A stretch of 64,000 nt of DNA from an uncultured bacterium (GTDB taxonomy: Bacteria; Oederibacteriota; JAAXVQ01; JAUVAV01): assembly GCA_963710755.1 (NCBI GenBank), contig CAVQBK010000001.1:224001-288000 (forward strand), in the 5' to 3' direction. The translations under genes and the position numbers were made by a program. The stretch's first letter is position 1, and every line of letters begins with the position of its first letter. Below, one piece after another: positions 58,141-64,000 of this stretch. The notes under the pieces are model-generated. The model was not told where the DNA came from and did no database searches. It worked only from the letters and a program-made list of their open reading frames with translations.

Positions 58141-59085
58141 ATGACCTGTAATGATTGCTCGGCGTTACTTTCACAGTACATTGATCACGAAATGTCGACC
58201 CAGGAAGAATTAAAGATCCGTGAGCATTTATCTAAATGCGCAAAATGCAAAGAGGAATATGAAGTATTGTGCCACACTATTGATTGTGTTTGCAGCAATC
58301 TTGAATGTGTGGAGCCCCCCATGGATTTTCATCATCGGGTCATGGCAAAAATCAATGAACATCACCGTGCAGTGAAAGTGCGTTGGCCGCTCTGGGGAAG
58401 TCTTACCTTTGCCAGTTTAGCCGCGGCAGCTTTATTGTTGGTCACGCTGCTGTTCACACCATTCCAACATCCCGCTCATTTCGCCAAACTGGCCTTGAAT
58501 TCACAACCGGCTGTTAAAACTGCACAGCCTGTTAACGTACCCAAACTGGCCCAACCCTGGGAAGACTTCGGCCAAGAGAGCGACATGGTGGCTAAAAACA
58601 ATGTTACCGTTCCCTCGGCCTCCGAAACGCTGACCCTGCCCTCGTCCATGGTTCGGGCCGTAGCGTTCGGGGATCAAGCTGACTCCCGCAACTCTGCCCC
58701 GGTACAAACCCAAGCAGATTCGCCTTTGCTATACCGTCAGAATCACGAATGGAGCGGGGAAGATTCTACCATCAAGGTATTGAAGCACTTCACCATCAAC
58801 ACGCCCGAGCAAGCCAAGCAATTATGGGATACTTCGGGAATCACACCCTTACCTTTGGAAAATATGGATTGGAATACTAATGCCTTGGCGGTGCTCTTTA
58901 TTGGAGCCAAACCCGGCCGAGGATACGATATCCAAATAAAACGCATCGAAAATCAGGCCGATCGAATGATGGTGTTTTATCATGTCAACAGTCCAAAAGC
59001 AACGACCGCGACGGGCACTTCCCATCCTTTCATTGCCTTTGAAGTGAAAAAATCAAGCCTGCCCATCGAATTTACAGAAGATTAA
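58141..59085 (+). CDS. Zinc-finger (ZAS) anti-sigma factor with TM and C-terminal PrcB_C-like domain
   Basis: HLSKCAKC; single TM; C-terminal DW...LFIGAKPGRGYDIQI...HPF. Confidence 0.85.
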   Translation: MTCNDCSALLSQYIDHEMSTQEELKIREHLSKCAKCKEEYEVLCHTIDCVCSNLECVEPPMDFHHRVMAKINEHHRAVKVRWPLWGSLTFASLAAAALLLVTLLFTPFQHPAHFAKLALNSQPAVKTAQPVNVPKLAQPWEDFGQESDMVAKNNVTVPSASETLTLPSSMVRAVAFGDQADSRNSAPVQTQADSPLLYRQNHEWSGEDSTIKVLKHFTINTPEQAKQLWDTSGITPLPLENMDWNTNALAVLFIGAKPGRGYDIQIKRIENQADRMMVFYHVNSPKATTATGTSHPFIAFEVKKSSLPIEFTED

Positions 59086-59118
59086 GCTTAACCCCATCGA
59101 TCTGAGAGGAGTCGACCT

Positions 59119-60220
59119 TTGAACAACGAACAACTCAACCACTTGTCCACGAAAATCGAAAAAATGCGGGGGTATCTTTGACGTCCCTGGCAAAGAAAAA
59201 CGAGCTCAGGAGATTGAAAACGCCCTTGCTAATCCCAATGTATGGTCGGACCAACAAAAAGCCAAAACCTTAAATGCCGATTTAGCCAAGCTGAAAAAAG
59301 ATCTTACCTTTTTCACCCAATTGTCCCATGACCTGGAAAATCTCACCACTGCGGCGGAATTATTGGAAGAAGCCGGAGAAGACCAGGAATTGTTGACTGA
59401 TCTGAATGAAGGCATTCAAAAATTAAACCGTCTTTTAAAAGAGTTCGAGTTCACTTTTATGCTCTCCGGACCTAATGATCGTGACGGGGCCATTTTATCC
59501 ATTCACCCCGGTGCCGGCGGCACGGAATCTCAAGATTGGGCTCAGATGTTGATGCGTATGTACCAACGCTGGGCAGAACGCAAAGGCTATAAAGTCGTTT
59601 TATTGGATTATCAACCGGGTGACGAAGCCGGCATCAAGTCGGTTACGCTCAATATTCTTGGAGATTATGCTTTTGGCTTTCTCCGTTCGGAGAGAGGTGT
59701 CCATCGGCTGGTCAGGATATCTCCCTTCGACGCCAACAAACGGCGGCATACGTCCTTTGCCTCAGTGGATGTAATTCCCGATGTGGAGGACGAGGTAGCC
59801 GTGGACATTAAGGACGACGACTTGCGCATTGATGTCTTTCGCGCTTCCGGCGCCGGCGGACAACATGTCAATAAAACCGAATCCGCTGTCCGCATTACCC
59901 ATCTGCCCACAGGTATTGTCGTGCAGTGTCAGGAAGACCGTTCTCAAATAAAAAACCGCGCCAATGCCATGAAAGTATTAAAAGCCAGGTTGTATGTCTT
60001 GGCCCAGGAAGAAAAAGCTGCCCAGAATAAAGATTTGTATGGTGAGAAAATGGACATTGCTTTTGGAAGTCAGATCCGTTCCTATGTTTTCCATCCTTAC
60101 AATTTAATTAAAGATCACCGCACCAATGTGGAGATCGGTGATGTGCAGCGGGTCATGGATGGAGATCTTGACCAGTTGACCGAGGCCTTTCTCAAGCAAG
60201 CGCAGCAGCAACCGGCGTAA
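59119..60220 (+). CDS. prfB: Peptide chain release factor 2 with programmed +1 frameshift
   Basis: TTG start 59119 behind GAGGAG; ...cgg ggg tat CTT TGA C at 59176-59182 joins the frame containing SPF and GGQ. Confidence 0.96.
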
Positions 60221-60385
60221 TTTATAACTCTTAACCATTTTTTAACTTCTGGCGAATCGTGTTAAGGAAAATGAGTGGGCTGCCGCCAAAATGATCCTCT
60301 CACGGAACGCTCCCATGCAGCCCAAGGCACGTTTCAAAAAACAAGGCATTTTATTATATTTTCGCAAGGAGACGGTTACGTTAGC

Positions 60386-61273
60386 ATGGCCTCAATCCTA
60401 CACGTTCTGTTGCTGAATTGGAAAGATGGGTTCAACTCTATGCTCCAGGGCAGGGTATGGGGCATTATTCTCTTGCTGACAGGTCTGCTCATACCGTCTA
60501 TGGTATGGACCGAAAGCACCACCACACCGGACCAGATAAATTTCTCGCGCATTATCATCTACGATGTGCGCGGTATGAATCATGATGAATCGGCCATGAT
60601 CATTGAACAAAAAAACAATCGTGTGACTATTTGGTACCAGAATTATCTGGGCAAACGGCACGGCACTATTCCCGTGGATGATTACCAGCGTTGTTTTCTG
60701 GGCCTTAAGAATGTCAAACACTTCGCCCTTAGAAAAGATCATCGCGGCAAACCTTTGCGGCGTAATGCCGCCAAGGGCAGCATTACGCTGGCTTGGAAAA
60801 CTGCTGGCAATGACAAACAAATCCGCACCATTCAGTATTACGCCCCTGAGAATACTCTGGATGAGTTCCGTATTGCTTTTAATCGTGTTTGGGCCCTCTC
60901 CCGCTATGCCATCCTCTCCTCCTCGTCGCTCACCAGCAGTCATCTGACGTACTTGGAAGACGGTCTTTATTTCCTGTCCGGCACCGGCTGGATGACCAAC
61001 AAAGAGCTGCAGTCCGTAGTGGATTATCAAGTCGAGTTAGGGCACGGCCGGCTAATGGCCAAAACTATTTGGTCCATCTTGGATCAGCCATTTTCATCTC
61101 AGAGTGTATTTAAAAATCGTAAATTTTTATTCTACTCTGTCAAAAGAAGCATGCTGACCATCGGGGCACCTGCCATCGATTATCTCAACAGTCTAAATTC
61201 CATCACCGCAGCCGATAAACGCGGTCTAGCTGATCGTATTCTTCAGGAATTTTCCGAAGTACCGAAGCCGTGA
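60386..61273 (+). CDS. Hypothetical exported/membrane-anchored protein
   Basis: Long ORF with a hydrophobic N-terminal segment; start may be 60386 or 60440. Confidence 0.65.
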   Translation: MASILHVLLLNWKDGFNSMLQGRVWGIILLLTGLLIPSMVWTESTTTPDQINFSRIIIYDVRGMNHDESAMIIEQKNNRVTIWYQNYLGKRHGTIPVDDYQRCFLGLKNVKHFALRKDHRGKPLRRNAAKGSITLAWKTAGNDKQIRTIQYYAPENTLDEFRIAFNRVWALSRYAILSSSSLTSSHLTYLEDGLYFLSGTGWMTNKELQSVVDYQVELGHGRLMAKTIWSILDQPFSSQSVFKNRKFLFYSVKRSMLTIGAPAIDYLNSLNSITAADKRGLADRILQEFSEVPKP

Positions 61274-61596
61274 CTAGTGGGCCCAATTTATCCTGAAGAA
61301 ACGTCCCTTACCAAAAAAGCTTGCTCATGGCCATGTTTTAATAATAAAATATCGGCAAATTATTATACATTACGAGATATTTTGATACGAAAGAAAGACT
61401 ATCATTATTTTAATTATCACTTTATTTCCACATTAAAATGCAGGCCATTTGCAAGGACATATTAAGCGTACATGCCTGCCTAACGACACTTTAAAGGAAA
61501 GGCGGCCGATCTATACCAAGGGGATAAATTGTCGACAGGTACTGCCGGAAGGACCCTTAATCCCGGCCTATTTTTATCACGCAGATTGGAACCGGC

Positions 61597-64000
61597 ATGC
61601 GACTTTTGATCGTGACGTTGATGAGCTTGGTTTGGTTTTTACTTTCCGCCCAAGGAATGCTGGCCGCTGCCGTTTTTGGTAAAAACAAACTTCAAACCCG
61701 AGCTTTTAACTGGCAAGTCTTGGAAACCGATCATTTTGAAATCCACTATTATCCCGAAGAAGAAAAGCTGGCCGAAGAGGTTTGTCGTTACGCGGAAGAA
61801 GCATTTCTTCAAGATACGCAGTTATTACGCTATACTCCTACGGAAAAAACACCCTTATTTTTATATCGCGATCAGATTGATTTCCAGCAAACCAACATCA
61901 CCCCGCAAATCATTGGTATTGGTACCGGAGGTTTTACCGAACCCTTCAAGAACCGCATTGCCTTGCCGGCACCAACCTCACCGCTTCTGCTCAAGGAAGT
62001 GGTCACCCATGAGTATATTCATGCCCTGCAGTTTGATATGCTCTATGGGGAGGGCATCCGCTCTTTCCGGATATACAAAGGTTATTTGATTCCCTTATGG
62101 GTGATGGAAGGACTGGCCGACTATGCCGCCGGCCGCTGGGATGGTATTGATGAGATGATCATACGAGACGCGGTGATCAATAAACGACTCTCCCCGTTGA
62201 TGCTTTTGGAAGGATTTTCTCATTTGGATGATGTCTATCTGGCCTACAAAGAATCGCAATTGGCCATCCAGTACTTGTCCCAAACTTACGGCCAGGAGAA
62301 AGTCGCCTCGTTCTTTATGAAGTTTAAAAACCAGGTATCCACTTCCCAAATATTAAGGGAAACCACCGGGCGGGGGCTGGAGGAATTTAATCGGGATTTT
62401 TTTTATTGGTTACATCAGCACTATTGGGCTCAAACTGAAGGTCGTGTCAGCCTGGATAAAACGGGTCCCTTATTGGATCCCTTACCCAAGGGACGTTTGG
62501 TTAACTCCAGTGGCCCTGTCTGGTCCCCCGACGGACGGTATTTAGCCTTTATTTCCAATAAAGATGGATTTGTCAAAGTTTATTTAAAACCCCGGGGGGA
62601 TAGAAAGACAGCTTATGTCCTCAAAGATTATGCTTTTGAACAAGTGGTGACCAACGGCCGGCCGTTGACTTGGTCTCCGGACAGTAAATGGATTGCCTTT
62701 TTTGCACAGGAACAAGGCCGACAATTTTTATATACCCTCAATGTCTCCGATAGAACATTGCGGCGATGGCTTGTCCCTTTGGCCGGGATGTCTTCGCCAG
62801 CTTGGTCGCCGGATGGACAACAACTGCTATTGGCCGGGGTAAGCAATGGCGTAGCTGATATTTATACCTGGGATTTCGGCAAGCATGAACTAACGCCGCA
62901 TACCCACGACCGTTGGGCCGATGCCACGCCGTGTTGGTCTCCAGATGGAAAGACCATTGTCTACAGCTCGGAACGCAGGGGACATTGGCAACTGGTCAAA
63001 TTATCGTTTCCGGTTTCTGGTGAAGAGACTTTGGTCACCCAATCGGCCGCTGATCATATCCAGCCGATTTTTTCCCCCGATGGCCACAAGCTCTTTTACA
63101 GTGCCGATGAAGATGGCATCTTTAACTTATATGCCAGACCATGGGGAAGTCAGGCCAGCATCAGGTTGACCAATGTGGTCAGCGGTGCCTTTCAACCTTG
63201 TCTGAACACCAGTCTGCAAAAAATGAGTTTTACCGGATATGAAAACGGGCAATGGGGCATACGTCTGTTGACTATGGCTGATCCTGATTCCATGCCCACG
63301 CCCTTAAACCTGGCCCTGGAAACCTCCTTGGTTTCTCAGGCGGCAACGCCCACGCCGGTGGCCGCCATAACCCCGGGGCCTATGGCGGCCACCGGCAATT
63401 CCAGCCCCGCCCGGACAGATCAGCTCATTAAAGCCCGCCATCCCTATCATTTTCGATTCACTCCTGATTTGCTCTTTTTGTTGGCCGGCTATGATAGCAC
63501 CCAAGGTTTGCTGGGGGGCGGTTATATTACTGGCAGTGATTATTTGGGCGACCACCAGGTTAGCCTGATGAGTAACTTTGTGCCCGGCTACCAGGCACAA
63601 ACCACGCTTACCTATGCTAATTATTCTTATCCTATCGATATGGCGCTGGTGGCAAGTTACCAGAAAAATTATTACCGCATTATGGATTTGGAAACCAACA
63701 CTTTGCTGGAAGAATACAATGACGAGGAGATCGGCGGCGGTCTGCAATTTTCCAAAGCATTTTCTGTTTTTGATCGTGTGGAACTGGAATACGCCATGCG
63801 ATTTTTAAGGAGGGAACAGGACAGCATGGTGCTTAACAAACGGGTGTCGTCCTTGCGGTTGTCTTTAATTCACGATCACACATCCTGGTTGGATTTTGCA
63901 CCTGCCACAGGTTGGCGCTACAATCTATCAGGATTAGTGGCGGATCGCTTTTTAGGCGGGGAAGAGAATTATCAAATCATCCAGATGGATTCCCAAACCT
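61597..64000 (+). CDS. Exported zinc metallopeptidase (HEXXH) - PD40/TolB beta-propeller - probable beta-barrel protein; truncated at window end
   Basis: Absent from the ORF track; manual translation MRLLIV..., FGKNK, ETDHFEIHYY, VVTHEYIH, PLWVMEGLADY, repeated WSPDG/FSPDG. Confidence 0.88.
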   Translation, partial: MRLLIVTLMSLVWFLLSAQGMLAAAVFGKNKLQTRAFNWQVLETDHFEIHYYPEEEKLAEEVCRYAEEAFLQDTQLLRYTPTEKTPLFLYRDQIDFQQTNITPQIIGIGTGGFTEPFKNRIALPAPTSPLLLKEVVTHEYIHALQFDMLYGEGIRSFRIYKGYLIPLWVMEGLADYAAGRWDGIDEMIIRDAVINKRLSPLMLLEGFSHLDDVYLAYKESQLAIQYLSQTYGQEKVASFFMKFKNQVSTSQILRETTGRGLEEFNRDFFYWLHQHYWAQTEGRVSLDKTGPLLDPLPKGRLVNSSGPVWSPDGRYLAFISNKDGFVKVYLKPRGDRKTAYVLKDYAFEQVVTNGRPLTWSPDSKWIAFFAQEQGRQFLYTLNVSDRTLRRWLVPLAGMSSPAWSPDGQQLLLAGVSNGVADIYTWDFGKHELTPHTHDRWADATPCWSPDGKTIVYSSERRGHWQLVKLSFPVSGEETLVTQSAADHIQPIFSPDGHKLFYSADEDGIFNLYARPWGSQASIRLTNVVSGAFQPCLNTSLQKMSFTGYENGQWGIRLLTMADPDSMPTPLNLALETSLVSQAATPTPVAAITPGPMAATGNSSPARTDQLIKARHPYHFRFTPDLLFLLAGYDSTQGLLGGGYITGSDYLGDHQVSLMSNFVPGYQAQTTLTYANYSYPIDMALVASYQKNYYRIMDLETNTLLEEYNDEEIGGGLQFSKAFSVFDRVELEYAMRFLRREQDSMVLNKRVSSLRLSLIHDHTSWLDFAPATGWRYNLSGLVADRFLGGEENYQIIQMDSQT

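Noticed and set aside
61449-63808. Several short ORFs listed in the track
   Set aside because: They overlap the real long ORF starting at 61597, which runs off the window
1-64000. CRISPR arrays, tRNA/rRNA genes, integrases, transposases, defence systems
   Set aside because: None seen by eye; the Cas4-like Fe-S nuclease is a helicase fusion without cas genes or an array

Overview
Bacterial chromosomal window of moderate GC, probably from an anaerobic diderm: it has superoxide reductase, [FeFe]-hydrogenase maturases, lipoproteins and an outer-membrane-type protein. No rRNA, tRNA, CRISPR array, integrase or transposase was seen. The housekeeping backbone is UvrD-nuclease, spoIID-like, queA ... 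tgt-yajC, miaB, mutS ... mutL-miaA, zapA-zapB-pheT, malQ, rnd, mscS, ECF sigma/anti-sigma and frameshifted prfB. Two accessory blocks interrupt normally adjacent gene pairs. Block 1 (queA|tgt, about 11 kb) is almost entirely signal transduction: a GAF-GAF-GGDEF cyclase, an MCP, and a translationally coupled operon encoding a double-domain KaiC-like ATPase fused to a receiver domain plus two paralogous histidine kinases, one canonical (HE) and one lacking the acidic H+1 residue (HT). This operon is the best candidate for an undescribed system. Block 2 (mutS|mutL, about 15 kb) holds two tandem multi-TM kinases with an atypical HN H-box, a decayed NADH-linked [FeFe]-hydrogenase (hydB/hydA remnants), and intact hydE-aspA-deaminase-hydF with no hydG. 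Non-coding finds are a two-copy MITE-like element with terminal inverted repeats, GTAG-type REP palindromes, a rod-like RNA candidate after miaA, and a probable leaderless ECF autopromoter. All functional calls come from motif recognition by eye; no database searches were run.
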